A program made the position numbers and the translations under genes. DNA of 64,000 nucleotides from Opitutia bacterium (GTDB lineage Bacteria; Verrucomicrobiota; Verrucomicrobiia; Opitutales; Opitutaceae), in contig CANJVR010000008.1 of NCBI GenBank assembly GCA_947478395.1, forward strand, positions 32,001 through 96,000, in the 5' to 3' direction. The notes beneath the pieces are model-generated. The model was not told where the DNA came from, made no database searches, and saw only the letters and a program-made list of their open reading frames with translations. Positions 1-10,186 of the stretch are shown here, piece after piece (position 1 is the stretch's first letter; each line of letters starts with the position of its first letter).

Positions 1-3
1 GGT

Positions 4-399
4 TTAGGCCTGCGCGCGCGGGGGCGGCAGGGATGGCGGCGGCCGGTCGGCGCTCGTGAGCGCGGGGACGGCAGCGGTCAGGCCCACGCACGAAGGGGCG
101 GGCGAAGCGAAGACGAGCGGGGCCGGTGCGCTCGCAAGAAAAATCTTAGTCGGCGCTTTGTTGCCAGGGGCCTTCGCCCCGGCGGCGTCTTGTTGCTGCT
201 TGGCCGTGGAAACTACCGCACAAATTTCGCAGCGGCCCTCGACGGAAAAAGTTTTGTTCACCGCGGCCTCGAAACTCATCGACTGTGAGTAGCTCGCAAA
301 CATGCGGCCCCACGCGAACGTCTGCAGCAAATCCCATTGCCCGCCGGAAGCGAGCAGCCACGCGAAGAGCGTGAAGATGAGGGGAAGTTGGCGGCGCAT
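4..399 (-). CDS. Hypothetical membrane/exported protein (DUF2946-like: CxxC, C-terminal PPP-R)
   Basis: 131 aa ORF with hydrophobic N-terminus, CEIC motif and terminal SLPPPR; family call from recalled pattern only. Confidence 0.6.
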   Translation of the reverse strand: MRRQLPLIFTLFAWLLASGGQWDLLQTFAWGRMFASYSQSMSFEAAVNKTFSVEGRCEICAVVSTAKQQQDAAGAKAPGNKAPTKIFLASAPAPLVFASPAPSCVGLTAAVPALTSADRPPPSLPPPRAQA

Positions 400-657
400 A
401 CGGCGGCGGGGAGGAAGCTATGGCGTCTAGCGGATGGCAAGTCGCCAGACCGCGTTAGAAGCGGAGCGTAACGGTTCGGTTGGAGCTTTAATGGGCACGA
501 CCGGTGTGAGTCTTCAGGGAAAGGGCAGGGGCGCGAACGCTTCTTCCCTGCCCTTATGAGACCCGGAATGGATGCGCTGCTTGCGCTGGTGCAGCCCATG
601 CCAACCGGAGGTGACGGGCACGCCGCCCCATCGATCAGCTCAGATCGTTTTCAGCGC

Positions 658-2100
658 TCAGCGCACGGTCCGGAGTTGCACGCTGTCGACGACGCGATCC
701 TGCGAGACGATATCGGTCGCGACGATCAGCTTGTCGCCGACTTGGATGGTCCCGGCGCGTTTCAATACCGTGATCGCATTTTCGATCGTCGCGTCGGGGT
801 CGGACGAAAACGGCATCAGAAACGGCTCGACCGCGCGCAGCAGGCGCAGCTGACGAAAAACCTCTGGGGCCGGGGTAAATGCAAGGATCGGCGAGTGCAC
901 GGGACGGAGCGCCGCGAGGCCGTTGGCCATGAATCCGTGCCGCGTGAACGTCAGCAGTTTCGAGTGCGGCAGCTGGTTGGCGAGAACGACGGCGGAATGC
1001 AACACCTGCATCCGGTCACCGGTGAAGACCGACGGCGAGCGCAGTTCCTCCGGCTTCTCCTGCTCGATGCGGCGGGCGATCTTGTCGAGCATCTGCACGG
1101 CTTCGTACGGATATTTTCCGATCGTGGTCTCGCCGGAAAGCATCACGCAGTCCGATTGTTCATACACCGCGTTGGCTACGTCCGTGATTTCGGCGCGGGT
1201 CGGCACGGGCTGCGTGATCATCGATTCGAGCATATGGGTGGCGATGATGACGGCTCGGCCCTGCGAGATACAGGCGTTGACGATGCGGCGCTGGATTACC
1301 GGCAGTTCTTCAAAGGGGCATTCGATCCCGAGATCGCCGCGCGCGACCATGACGGCATCGGACACGCGCACGATTTCGTCCAAGTTGGCGATACCCGATT
1401 GGTCCTCGATTTTTGAGATGATGCGGACCTTTGATTTTTTATCGGCGAGAAACGCGCGCAGCAACTCGACGTCAGCTGCCTCCCGCACGAACGACAGCGC
1501 GATATAATCCAATCCTTCTTCCAGCCCTACCTCCGTGTCGCCCCGGTCTTTTTCCGTGAACGCAGGCAGATTCACCTTCACTCCCGGCAGGTTGATGTGG
1601 CGGCGGGACGAAAGAGCGCCGGGGACGAGCACGCGGCAGCGGATGCGCACGTCGTCCTTGCTGAGCACCTCGAGCCGGATCAACCCGCTGTCGACCAGCA
1701 CGGTGTCGCCGACCTTGATGTCGTTGACAAGGTCGCGGTAATTCACGTCGACCGAGCGGATTTCCTCGGCGTTCTCGCCGTCACCCGAGCCGGGTTTGAC
1801 GGTAAAATCGAAAATCTCACCGGGCTTTAATTCGATCGGCGCCTCAACATCGCCGGTGCGAATTTCCGGTCCTTTGATATCCATCATGATGGCGACATCG
1901 CGGCCGACCCGTGCGCTGACCGCCCGGATGCGGCGGATGACCTTGCGCGTCCATTCGTGCTTGGCGTGCGCCATGTTGAGGCGAATGACATCGGCGCCGC
2001 TGCGAATTAGCTTCTCGAGCATTTCTTCGCTTTCCGTGGCCGGACCGAGGGTGAAGATAATTTTGGTACGGCGGAAGACGTTGATCGGCGGTATTGTCAT
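658..2100 (-). CDS. pyk: Pyruvate kinase
   Basis: RRTKIIFTLGPAT, DIKGPEIRTG, SKIE, MVARGDLGIE, PTRAEITDVANA, MLSGET. Confidence 0.97.
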   Translation of the reverse strand: MTIPPINVFRRTKIIFTLGPATESEEMLEKLIRSGADVIRLNMAHAKHEWTRKVIRRIRAVSARVGRDVAIMMDIKGPEIRTGDVEAPIELKPGEIFDFTVKPGSGDGENAEEIRSVDVNYRDLVNDIKVGDTVLVDSGLIRLEVLSKDDVRIRCRVLVPGALSSRRHINLPGVKVNLPAFTEKDRGDTEVGLEEGLDYIALSFVREAADVELLRAFLADKKSKVRIISKIEDQSGIANLDEIVRVSDAVMVARGDLGIECPFEELPVIQRRIVNACISQGRAVIIATHMLESMITQPVPTRAEITDVANAVYEQSDCVMLSGETTIGKYPYEAVQMLDKIARRIEQEKPEELRSPSVFTGDRMQVLHSAVVLANQLPHSKLLTFTRHGFMANGLAALRPVHSPILAFTPAPEVFRQLRLLRAVEPFLMPFSSDPDATIENAITVLKRAGTIQVGDKLIVATDIVSQDRVVDSVQLRTVR

Positions 2101-2212
2101 GGTCGGATTGGTTTTAATGCAGGTGCTGCGCCGCTGGCCAGCTGGGAGATGATTGAGCCGGTGATATTCGCGTCACGGGGACGAGTCTTTCTGGCCGCCC
2201 GTGGAAACGAGT

Positions 2213-3016
2213 TCACACGAGATCGTAAAATGGCGTGCCTTCGCCCGCGCCGACAACCGCGAATTCGCAGGCGCACAGGGCGGCGCGGACCTCGCTCAGC
2301 GCTGTTTCCACCGCGGCGCGCGAATTGCAGTCGCGCGAGAGATGCGTGAGGTAGATGCGGCGCCACCGTGGGCTCGCGACGCTCGCGAGCAGTTCGCGGG
2401 TGCCCTCATTCGAAAGATGGCCGTGGCGACCGCTGATGCGCTGCTTGGTCGACCAAGGGCGGCGGGTGTCGGCCTGGAGCAGCTGCGGACAGTGGTTGGC
2501 CTCGACCACGACGACGTCGCATTCCCGGATATGTTCGCGCACGTGTTGAGGAGCGTGGCCCAAGTCGGTCAGCCAGGCGAGGCTCCGGCGCGGGGCAAAA
2601 AGATCGCCTTCATGGCCGCTCGTGAATCGAAAGCCCACCGGATCGTGCGCGTCGTGCGGCACGGCGAAACTCTCCACCTCGAGATCGCGAAAACAAAACC
2701 GCGCGCCGGTCTCGAACACCTGCCAGTCGGGCTGGTACGATAGCCCGGCCTGGATCGCGCGGCGGGTGGCGCCGTTGGCAAACACGCGGATGTGTGGAAA
2801 TTTTTTCAACCCGTCGATCGCCGCTGCGTGATCGCCATGCTCGTGCGTGAGGAAAATCGCATCGATGCGCGCGAGCGATTCCCCCGCGAGCGTGAGGAGC
2901 TGGTCGAGCTTCCGCGCTGAAAATCCCGCATCGACCAGAACGCGCGCGCCCTCGGTGACGAGCAGGGCACTGTTGCCTGAGCTGCCGCTGCCGAGGATGG
3001 AAAAACGCATCGCCAT
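2213..3016 (-). CDS. MBL-fold metallo-hydrolase, YycJ/WalJ-like
   Basis: LGSGSSGN, THEHGDH, VPHDA.DPVGF, TDLG, EANH, GHLSN, HLS..CN. Confidence 0.9.
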   Translation of the reverse strand: MAMRFSILGSGSSGNSALLVTEGARVLVDAGFSARKLDQLLTLAGESLARIDAIFLTHEHGDHAAAIDGLKKFPHIRVFANGATRRAIQAGLSYQPDWQVFETGARFCFRDLEVESFAVPHDAHDPVGFRFTSGHEGDLFAPRRSLAWLTDLGHAPQHVREHIRECDVVVVEANHCPQLLQADTRRPWSTKQRISGRHGHLSNEGTRELLASVASPRWRRIYLTHLSRDCNSRAAVETALSEVRAALCACEFAVVGAGEGTPFYDLV

Positions 3017-3211
3017 GAGATTGGCCGCAGCAAGCGCGCGCGCACCGCGGGCGACAAATCATTTTTGCGGCGGGCGTCCGCGTGCGCTCAAAGCGGGCAT
3101 AAATCACCGTCCGCCCCTGCGTCATCCCGCAGCGCACTGATCTCCACCGATTACGTCCGACTGAAGGGTCGCGTTGACCAAGGGGCGTTTTGTGCTACCT
3201 GATATTCCTCA

Positions 3212-3706
3212 ATGCCAAAAGCAGCCACTGTTTCCAAGTCAGCGAAGCGTTCCGCGCGCCCCAAGGTGCCGCGCGTGCTGCCGGGCGTGGTGTCGATCAC
3301 GCGCCAGGTCCATTTCAACTCCGCGCACCGCCTGCACAATTGGTCGAAAAGCCAGCAGTGGAATACCGACCACTACGGCCTCTGTACCAACCCCCACTGG
3401 CACGGTCATAATTACGTTCTGGAAGTCACCTTGCGCGGCCGGCCCGATCCCGAGACGGGTTACATCATGGATCTCGGCGCGCTTAAAAAAATCCTGCACC
3501 GGGCGGTCGTGGACAAGTGCGATCATCACAATCTGAACGATGAGGTGGATTTTCTTCGCGGAATCATTCCGTCAACGGAAAACTTGGTGATCGCGTTCTG
3601 GAACGAGATCGAGCCGCACATCAAGGCGGGCCGGCTGCACTGCGTGCGGCTGTACGAAACGCCGCGCAACTTCGCGGAATACCACGGCCCCGACGCGAAG
3701 GATTGA
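3212..3706 (+). CDS. 6-pyruvoyl-tetrahydropterin synthase family protein, PTPS-II-type motif
   Basis: HFNSAHRL, CTNPHWHGHNY (C-x5-HGH), DHHNLN, STENL, LYET. Confidence 0.9.
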   Translation: MPKAATVSKSAKRSARPKVPRVLPGVVSITRQVHFNSAHRLHNWSKSQQWNTDHYGLCTNPHWHGHNYVLEVTLRGRPDPETGYIMDLGALKKILHRAVVDKCDHHNLNDEVDFLRGIIPSTENLVIAFWNEIEPHIKAGRLHCVRLYETPRNFAEYHGPDAKD

Positions 3707-3794
3707 GCGCGAAAATCCCGGCCTCTTTTAAATTTTCCTCGGTTGTTATCGTAACCCAACCGCGGCCACCAGCAAACCTTCCAAAAACGAAATC

Positions 3795-4766
3795 ATGAAA
3801 CAGATGTATCTCCACCGCTCAAGCAGCGGGCAGGCGCCGCTGATCAAGCGGGCGTATGACAAAAAATTTCGGGCCAGCCCGGCCTACCGCGCGGCGCTGC
3901 CGGATATGATGGAGGTGGCGCATGAAGCCATCCAGGGCGCGCAAGTGCCGATCCAGCAGGTTGGCATCCACAATTTCAAACTGCCGCTGAAGTACCGGAC
4001 GAAAGCCGGCAAAACGATGGTGCTGGAAACAAGCGTGACCGGCACGGTTTCCCTCGAGGCGGACTTAAAGGGCATCAACATGAGCCGGATCATGCGCTCA
4101 TTCTACGAGCACAAGGATGGCATCACGACCGGCGAGTGGATGGGGAAAATTCTCAAAAGCTATCTGCGCAACGTGGACAGCAAGGACGCGCGCCTGAAGA
4201 TCGTCTTTTCCTATCCGATGATTCGCGAGAGCCTGCGCAGCGGGCTCAAAGGCTATCAGTTCTATAACGTCGCCTTCGAAGGGGTCATGACCCGCGACGG
4301 AGTTTACCGGCGGTTTATCCATTTCGACTTCGTTTACTCGTCGGCGTGCCCCTGCTCAGCGGAACTCTCTGAACACGCGCGCGACCAGCGGGGCGCCTAC
4401 ACCGTGCCGCATTCCCAGCGCAGCAAGGCGCGCATCACGTTGGAGGAAGTTGCCGGAAAAAAAATCTGGATCGAGGACGTGCATGCATTGTGCCTGCGTG
4501 CGCTTCAGACCGAAACGCAGGTCATGGTGAAACGCGAAGACGAGCAGGCGTTCGCTGAACTCAACGGCGCGTACTTGAAGTTTGTGGAGGATGCGGCGCG
4601 GCTTTTGTACAAGGAGTTCGACGGCGAAAAACGGATCAAAGATTTCCGCATTGCGTGTTCCCATTTGGAGTCGTTGCACTCGCACGATGCCGTGAGCGTG
4701 ATCTGCAAAGGCGTGAAGGGCGGCTTCACCGCCGACTTCATGGATTTCGGGTTGTTGGTGTGCTGA
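3795..4766 (+). CDS. folE2: GTP cyclohydrolase IB
   Basis: [54 protein letters not shown]. Confidence 0.93.
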   Translation: MKQMYLHRSSSGQAPLIKRAYDKKFRASPAYRAALPDMMEVAHEAIQGAQVPIQQVGIHNFKLPLKYRTKAGKTMVLETSVTGTVSLEADLKGINMSRIMRSFYEHKDGITTGEWMGKILKSYLRNVDSKDARLKIVFSYPMIRESLRSGLKGYQFYNVAFEGVMTRDGVYRRFIHFDFVYSSACPCSAELSEHARDQRGAYTVPHSQRSKARITLEEVAGKKIWIEDVHALCLRALQTETQVMVKREDEQAFAELNGAYLKFVEDAARLLYKEFDGEKRIKDFRIACSHLESLHSHDAVSVICKGVKGGFTADFMDFGLLVC

Positions 4767-4993
4767 AAGGGCGTCCGCGAGGCAGGTCTGTCCTTCTGAG
4801 ATTTGGAACGGGCGCGCAGCCTTCGCTGGCGCGCCTCATGACTGCTTTTTTTGGGGCGCACCCCGTCCACCGCGATCAGCGGCCGGTCCGCGGGGATATC
4901 GGCAGCGCATGGCGGGTGCGCCGCAAAAGCAACGGACTGTGCCGCTGGCAGATTTTGCGTGCCTTCCCTCCGCTGCGCTGCCGCGATTGTGCG

Positions 4994-5701
4994 ATGAAAC
5001 CAGTCGTCCTTATTACCGGTGCTTCGCAAGGAATCGGCGCCGCCATCGCGCATGTCTTTGCCCGTGAAATTCGCGGAGTGAGCCTGGTCCTTGTGGCCCG
5101 GAACGCCAAGAATCTTGCGACGGTCGCGCGGCGCTGCTCGAAGCTCGGTGCGACCGCGGAGCTTTTCCCGTGTGACGTCAGCGATGAGAGTTCGGTCGCC
5201 GGGCTGGCGAGCGCGGTCGAAAAGCGTTTCGGCACGATCGACGTGCTGATCAACAACGCCGGCAAATTCGAAGGTGCACCATTAGGGGAAATGAGTGTCA
5301 CGCAGTTTGATCGTATGATCGCGGCAAATTTGCGCAGTGTGTTTCTCATGTCGCGGGCGTTTGTCCCGGCCATGGCGAAACGCGGCCGGGGCGATGTGTT
5401 CAATATGAGTTCGATCGCGGGGCTTGATGCTTATCCGGGAGGCGCCGGCTATTGTGCCGCGAAGTTTGGCGTTACGGGCCTGAGCAAAGTGATGCGCGCC
5501 GAATTGAAGACGAAGGGCGTGCGCGTGTGCTGTGTTTATCCGGGTGCAACATGGTCGCCCTCGTGGGAGGGCGCGGGCGTGCCCGCCACACGCATGATGC
5601 CCGCGGCGGACGTGGCGCGGGCGTTTCTCGATGTGTATCGTCTTGGTCGCAGTGCCGTGGTCGAGGAGATCATCCTCCGGCCTCAACTCGGCGACTTGTG
5701 A
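4994..5701 (+). CDS. SDR oxidoreductase, sepiapterin-reductase-like
   Basis: ATG at 4994 (ORF-track start over-extended); TGASQGIG, NNAG, YCAAKFG, C-terminal VVEEIILRPQLGDL. Confidence 0.85.
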   Translation: MKPVVLITGASQGIGAAIAHVFAREIRGVSLVLVARNAKNLATVARRCSKLGATAELFPCDVSDESSVAGLASAVEKRFGTIDVLINNAGKFEGAPLGEMSVTQFDRMIAANLRSVFLMSRAFVPAMAKRGRGDVFNMSSIAGLDAYPGGAGYCAAKFGVTGLSKVMRAELKTKGVRVCCVYPGATWSPSWEGAGVPATRMMPAADVARAFLDVYRLGRSAVVEEIILRPQLGDL

Positions 5702-5803
5702 GAAAGAGCGCGGCTGAAGCGCCGCGCTACGTCATCAGCCAACCCGCGTTCGTCCGCGTACACTTGGGGCAACGAACCGATGCCTCCGCGCCGCGAGCGG
5801 GCT

Positions 5804-8800
5804 TCAGGGTCGCTTTGACCAGCGGCGGTCTTGCTTTAACTCGAGCCGCCTGGTTTCGATTTGGACGCCGGCGATGGCGGGATGCGCGCGGAGTTGCTGG
5901 AACGACGGGCCATTGAGTTTCCAGGTGAGCGCGGTGCTGGCTTCCGCGAACGGCGCGATGCGATCTTCAAACACAAAGGCAAACTCCACGCGCGTGTCGC
6001 CGACCTGGACGTTGAGCGTCTCACGGAGCTGGCGGAGAAAAGCAGGGAGCTCCGGATGCGTCGGCTGCACAAGCCACGTGACTTTGCGGACATTGGCGGT
6101 GATCTGCGCGTCGAGCGGATAGCACTCCTTGATATTGATGCGCGGCCCCTCCGTGCCGACGATGATATTGCCGAGCACGATCACGGGAGCGTTTTCAGTC
6201 AGCACGGTACCATAGGCCGCGTAGCCGTCGGCAAACAGGTTGAGCGCGACTGAGGCTTTCTTAGTCGCGAGCGTAAACGCGGCCCAGGGGCGGTTGTCCT
6301 TTTTGGAAAGTCGTTTGACGATGTTGCTGATGATCCCGCAGAGACGGAACTCGGTGCGGTCGGGCTGGCGCAGCAGATCATCGATGACGAAGGTGTCGAT
6401 GGACTCGGCGAGTCCGGCGTAAACGTTCATCGGGTGGCCCGAGACATAGAAGCCCAGAAGCTCTTTTTCGAAAATGAGGCGTTCAGCAGACGTGAAGTCG
6501 CCGCCGCCATCGGCGGATTTGGGATTTGAAATTTGAGATTTGAGATCGCGAGCTGGAACCTCGGCCGCGGCAAACACGTCGAGGAAGCTGTGCTGACCGG
6601 CGGCTTTATCGCGGGCGTTGGCGGTGGCACCAGCCATCGCGGCGTCGATGCCGTCGAACAGTTTTTTGCGCGAGGCGCCGCTGAAATCGAAGGCCCCGGT
6701 TTTGGCGAGATGCTCGAGGACGCGCTTGTTGATCGCGCGGCCGTCGACGCGCGAGACCATGTCGTCGAAATCCTTGTAGGGACCCTTGGCGTCGCGTTCG
6801 GCGATGATTTTTTGGGCGGCGAGTTCACCGACGCCTTTGACGCCGGCGAGGCCGAAGCGGATCGCCGCTTCGCCGCGGGTCTGACTTCCGGGTTCTGAGT
6901 TCAGAGTTTCGGGGCGCGGAGCTCCGAACGCGGAACCTGGAACCTTTTGTTTCGCCCCGCGGAACACCGGCGTGAACATCTCGCGCGACTCATTTACGTC
7001 TGGGCCGAGGACTTTGAGGCCCATCGCTTCGCACTCGGCGATAAAATGGGCGGATTTTTCGGAGTTACCCAGTTCGGAGCTGAGCATGGCGGCCATGAAC
7101 TGCACCGGGTAGTTCGCCTTCAGGAAACCGGTCTGGTAGCTAAGAATCGCGTAGGCGGCTGAGTGGGATTTGTTGAAACCGTAGCCGGCGAATTTGTTGA
7201 GAATGTCGAAGATCGAGTCGGCGGTTTTCGCGTCGATGTTGTTTACGCTTTTGGCGCCCTCGACGAATTTGGTGCGCTCCTTCGCCATGGCCTCGGCATC
7301 TTTTTTGCCCATGGCGCGGCGGAGCATATCGGCGCCGCCGAGCGTGTAGCCAGCGATGATCTTCGCGGCCTCCATGACCTGCTCCTGATAGACCATGATG
7401 CCGTAAGTCTCGCGGCAGACCTCTTCGAGGAGCTTGTGCGGATAGGTGACGGTGCTCGGATCTTTTTTGCCGCGCACATAGTCGGGAATCCACTCCATCG
7501 GACCGGGCCGGTAGAGCGCGATGAGCGCAACGATCTCGTCGATCGTCGAGAGACTGATCTGGCGGCAGAGGTTTTGCATGCCGCCCGACTCGAGCTGGAA
7601 CACGCCGGTGGTGCGGCCGGAATTGAGCAGGGCAAACGTCTTCGCGTCTTCGAGCGGAATTGCTTCGATGTCGAATTTCGGATCGGCCGTGCGGCGGATG
7701 TTTTCGACGGCATCGGCGATGACGGTGAGCGTTTTTAGCCCGAGGAAATCCATCTTCAACAGGCCGAGCTTGCCCACGGCGTTCATGTCGAACTGCACGG
7801 TGACGTCGTCTTCTTGCAGCGTGAGCGGGACGAATTCCTCGAGCGGCCGGTCGGTGATGATGATGCCGGCGGCGTGTTTGCCGGTGTTGCGGACCATGCC
7901 TTCGAGGACGCGGGCCTGGTCGAAGATTTTTTTGGCGACGGGATTGCGGGCGACCTCGTTGCGCAGTTCCTCGGATTTTTTGACCGCATCCTCGAGCGTG
8001 ATGTTGAGCTCGTCGGGAATCATCTTCGCGAGCCGGTCGGCGTCAGCGTACGGGAGATTGTGCACGCGCGAGATGTCGCGGATGACCATTTTGGCTCCGA
8101 GGGTGCCGTACGTGATGATGTTGGCCACGCAGTCCTTGCCGTATTTTTCGCGGACGTAGTCGATGACCTCGCCGCGGCGCCGCATGCAGAAATCGATGTC
8201 GAAGTCGGGCGGGGAAACGCGTTCGGGATTCAGGAAGCGTTCGAAGAGAAGTTTAAAACGCAGCGGATCGAGATTGGTGATCCCGAGGAGGTAGGCGACA
8301 AGACAGCCGGCGCCGGAGCCGCGGCCGGGCCCGACGGGGATGTTTTGTTTTCGGGCCCAGTCGATGAAGTCCCAGACGACGAGGAAATAGTCGATGAAGC
8401 CGGTCTTGCCGATGACGCTCAGCTCGTAATCGAGGCGGGTGCAGAGGGTGCGGGCGAGGAGGAGTTCAGGGTTTTGGGTTTCGGGTTTCGGGTTCGGAGA
8501 CTCGGAACTCGGAGGCTCGGACTCGGTACTGGTGGAAGATTGATATTCTACGCCGTAGCGGCGCTTGAGGCCCGCGATGCAGAGATCCTTGAGATAGCCC
8601 GAGCGATCCATCTTCGATGAAATCTCGGGCGGGAGCGGATATTTGGGGTAACGTTCGCTGCCCTTGGGAAACGGAATCGTGAGGTCGCACATCTCGGCGA
8701 CGATTTGCGTGTTCGTGATGGACTCCGGGACCTCGGTGAAGAGGCGTTCCATCTCGGCGCGCGACTTCAGGTAAAATTCCTGGCCGGAGAAACGCATGCG

Positions 8801-9523
8801 TTTCTCGTCCTCGATTTTTGCGCCGGTCTGGATGCAGAGCATGGCGTCGTGCGGACCGGAGTCGGCCGAGTTCACGTAATGAACGTCGTTCGTGGCGATG
8901 ACCTTGAGGTTGAACTCCTCCGCGAGCTTAAGCAGGCCGGGGATGATTTTCTTCTGTTCCGGGATCCCGTGATCCTGGATTTCAACGAAATAGTTTTCGC
9001 GGCCGAAGATATCGACGAAGCGGGCGCAGGCTTTGCGGGCATCCTCGTCGCGGTCGTGGAGCAAATGCTGCGGCACGAGCGAGGCGAGGCAGCCGGTGAA
9101 GCCGATCAGGCCGCCGGCGTGTTTTGCGAGCGTGTCGAGATCGGTGCGGGGCTTGTAATAAAAGCCTTTGAGGTGCGCATCCGAAACCAGCTTTAGGAGG
9201 TTCTGGTAGCCGATGAGGTTTTTCGCGAGCAGGCCGAGATGGAAGATGCTTTTGCCGTCGTCGTCGGAGCGGCCGTGTTTTTCGAGGCGGGAGGTTTCGA
9301 CGAGGTAGAGTTCGCAGCCGATGAGGGGCTTGATGCCTTTGGCTTTGGCGGTGTTGTAGAAATCGATCGCGCCGAAAAGATTGCCGTGGTCGGTGAGGGC
9401 GAGGGCCGGCATGCCGAGGGCGACGGCGCGGTCCATGAGACGGTCGATCCGGCAGGCACCGTCGAGCAGGCTGTAATCGGAATGAACGTGAAGATGGACG
9501 AAATTCTGGTCGGCAGACGGCAC
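5804..9523 (-). CDS. dnaE: DNA polymerase III alpha subunit with repeat-derived loop insertions
   Basis: FVHLHVHSDYSLLDG, GPGRGSGAG, ERFLNPERVSPPDFDIDF, YGFNKSHSAAY; probable GTG start at 9523. Confidence 0.97.
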   Translation of the reverse strand: MPSADQNFVHLHVHSDYSLLDGACRIDRLMDRAVALGMPALALTDHGNLFGAIDFYNTAKAKGIKPLIGCELYLVETSRLEKHGRSDDDGKSIFHLGLLAKNLIGYQNLLKLVSDAHLKGFYYKPRTDLDTLAKHAGGLIGFTGCLASLVPQHLLHDRDEDARKACARFVDIFGRENYFVEIQDHGIPEQKKIIPGLLKLAEEFNLKVIATNDVHYVNSADSGPHDAMLCIQTGAKIEDEKRMRFSGQEFYLKSRAEMERLFTEVPESITNTQIVAEMCDLTIPFPKGSERYPKYPLPPEISSKMDRSGYLKDLCIAGLKRRYGVEYQSSTSTESEPPSSESPNPKPETQNPELLLARTLCTRLDYELSVIGKTGFIDYFLVVWDFIDWARKQNIPVGPGRGSGAGCLVAYLLGITNLDPLRFKLLFERFLNPERVSPPDFDIDFCMRRRGEVIDYVREKYGKDCVANIITYGTLGAKMVIRDISRVHNLPYADADRLAKMIPDELNITLEDAVKKSEELRNEVARNPVAKKIFDQARVLEGMVRNTGKHAAGIIITDRPLEEFVPLTLQEDDVTVQFDMNAVGKLGLLKMDFLGLKTLTVIADAVENIRRTADPKFDIEAIPLEDAKTFALLNSGRTTGVFQLESGGMQNLCRQISLSTIDEIVALIALYRPGPMEWIPDYVRGKKDPSTVTYPHKLLEEVCRETYGIMVYQEQVMEAAKIIAGYTLGGADMLRRAMGKKDAEAMAKERTKFVEGAKSVNNIDAKTADSIFDILNKFAGYGFNKSHSAAYAILSYQTGFLKANYPVQFMAAMLSSELGNSEKSAHFIAECEAMGLKVLGPDVNESREMFTPVFRGAKQKVPGSAFGAPRPETLNSEPGSQTRGEAAIRFGLAGVKGVGELAAQKIIAERDAKGPYKDFDDMVSRVDGRAINKRVLEHLAKTGAFDFSGASRKKLFDGIDAAMAGATANARDKAAGQHSFLDVFAAAEVPARDLKSQISNPKSADGGGDFTSAERLIFEKELLGFYVSGHPMNVYAGLAESIDTFVIDDLLRQPDRTEFRLCGIISNIVKRLSKKDNRPWAAFTLATKKASVALNLFADGYAAYGTVLTENAPVIVLGNIIVGTEGPRINIKECYPLDAQITANVRKVTWLVQPTHPELPAFLRQLRETLNVQVGDTRVEFAFVFEDRIAPFAEASTALTWKLNGPSFQQLRAHPAIAGVQIETRRLELKQDRRWSKRP

Positions 9524-9598
9524 GGTTAAGTTAAGCAACCCTGCACCGGAGGCCGCGCAAGGCGGAAACCTGATTGGCGGAAGAATTCGAACCGGATT

Positions 9599-9677
9599 GC
9601 CCGCTAAACACCCGAAATATACGGAAAAGAACGCCCCATGGAGGGTGTTTTCCGTGTATTCCGGGTGTTCCGCGGGC
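9599..9677. repeat. Imperfect palindromic element with ~9-bp-period arms between dnaE and rpsU
   Basis: gcccgctaaacacccgaaatatacggaaaa ... ttttccgtgtattccgggtgttccgcgggc. Confidence 0.7.
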
Positions 9678-9789
9678 GACCAATTCAAGGGTGTGGTTTC
9701 GCGCGGATTTAGCCGGAAAAAAGCCATTGACGCGTGCCGCGCGGGTTGGCTTGTTAGCGGGCTTTCCTTTCACCAACCGTCCGCTGAAC

Positions 9790-9987
9790 ATGTCCATCGA
9801 AATCAAAATCCGCAAAAACGAGCCCATCGACCGTGCGATTCGTCGCATGAAAAAGAAGCTCGAGCGCGAGAACATCATCAAAGGCACGCGCGCGAAACGC
9901 TATTTCGAGAAGCCGTGTGAGAAGCGCCGTCGTAAGGAGAAAGTCATGGCTTTCACCGCGATGCTGCGCCGCCGTCACGCCGACTGA
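9790..9987 (+). CDS. rpsU: 30S ribosomal protein S21
   Basis: 65 aa basic protein MSIEIKIRKNEPIDRAIRRMKKK...YFEKPCEKRRRK. Confidence 0.95.
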   Translation: MSIEIKIRKNEPIDRAIRRMKKKLERENIIKGTRAKRYFEKPCEKRRRKEKVMAFTAMLRRRHAD

Positions 9988-10013
9988 GTCCATCCGGCCC
10001 AGACTATTTCCCT

Positions 10014-10053
10014 GACCGCCGTCCGAAAAATTTCGGACGGCGGTCTTTTTTTT
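10014..10053 (+). terminator. Intrinsic terminator after rpsU
   Basis: gaccgccgtccgaaa/tttcggacggcggtc stem followed by T8. Confidence 0.9.
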
Positions 10054-10186
10054 GGAAATCGGAGCCCCGAAGGGACTGCTCAAGTGGCGTGGGCAATTGG
10101 GGAAAAAACGCCGCGCCTAATTGGGTTTCGCCGGCCCGACGTGAACGCGGCGGCCGACGACCATCAGCCGGTCTGAAGGGCGCAGT

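Noticed and set aside
3212..3706. Calling the PTPS gene queD and linking it with tgt as a queuosine or 7-deazaguanine DNA-modification island
   Set aside because: The motif is C-x5-HGH rather than C-x3-HGH, no queC/E/F or dpd genes are present, and tgt is over 50 kb away.
3740..3763. ggttgttatcgtaacccaacc upstream of folE2 as a Zur box
   Set aside because: The GTTA-TCG-TAAC spacing does not fit the Zur consensus I know; it could be a simple hairpin.
5804..9523. Inteins in DnaE
   Set aside because: Insertions are only about 15-30 aa and lack Cys/Ser...His-Asn splice junctions.
9524..9727. N-terminal extensions given by the ORF track for dnaE (also SDR, rpsU, lysS, hemA, tgt, cyclophilin)
   Set aside because: They run through intergenic repeats or promoter-like DNA before the first conserved motif; downstream starts were chosen.
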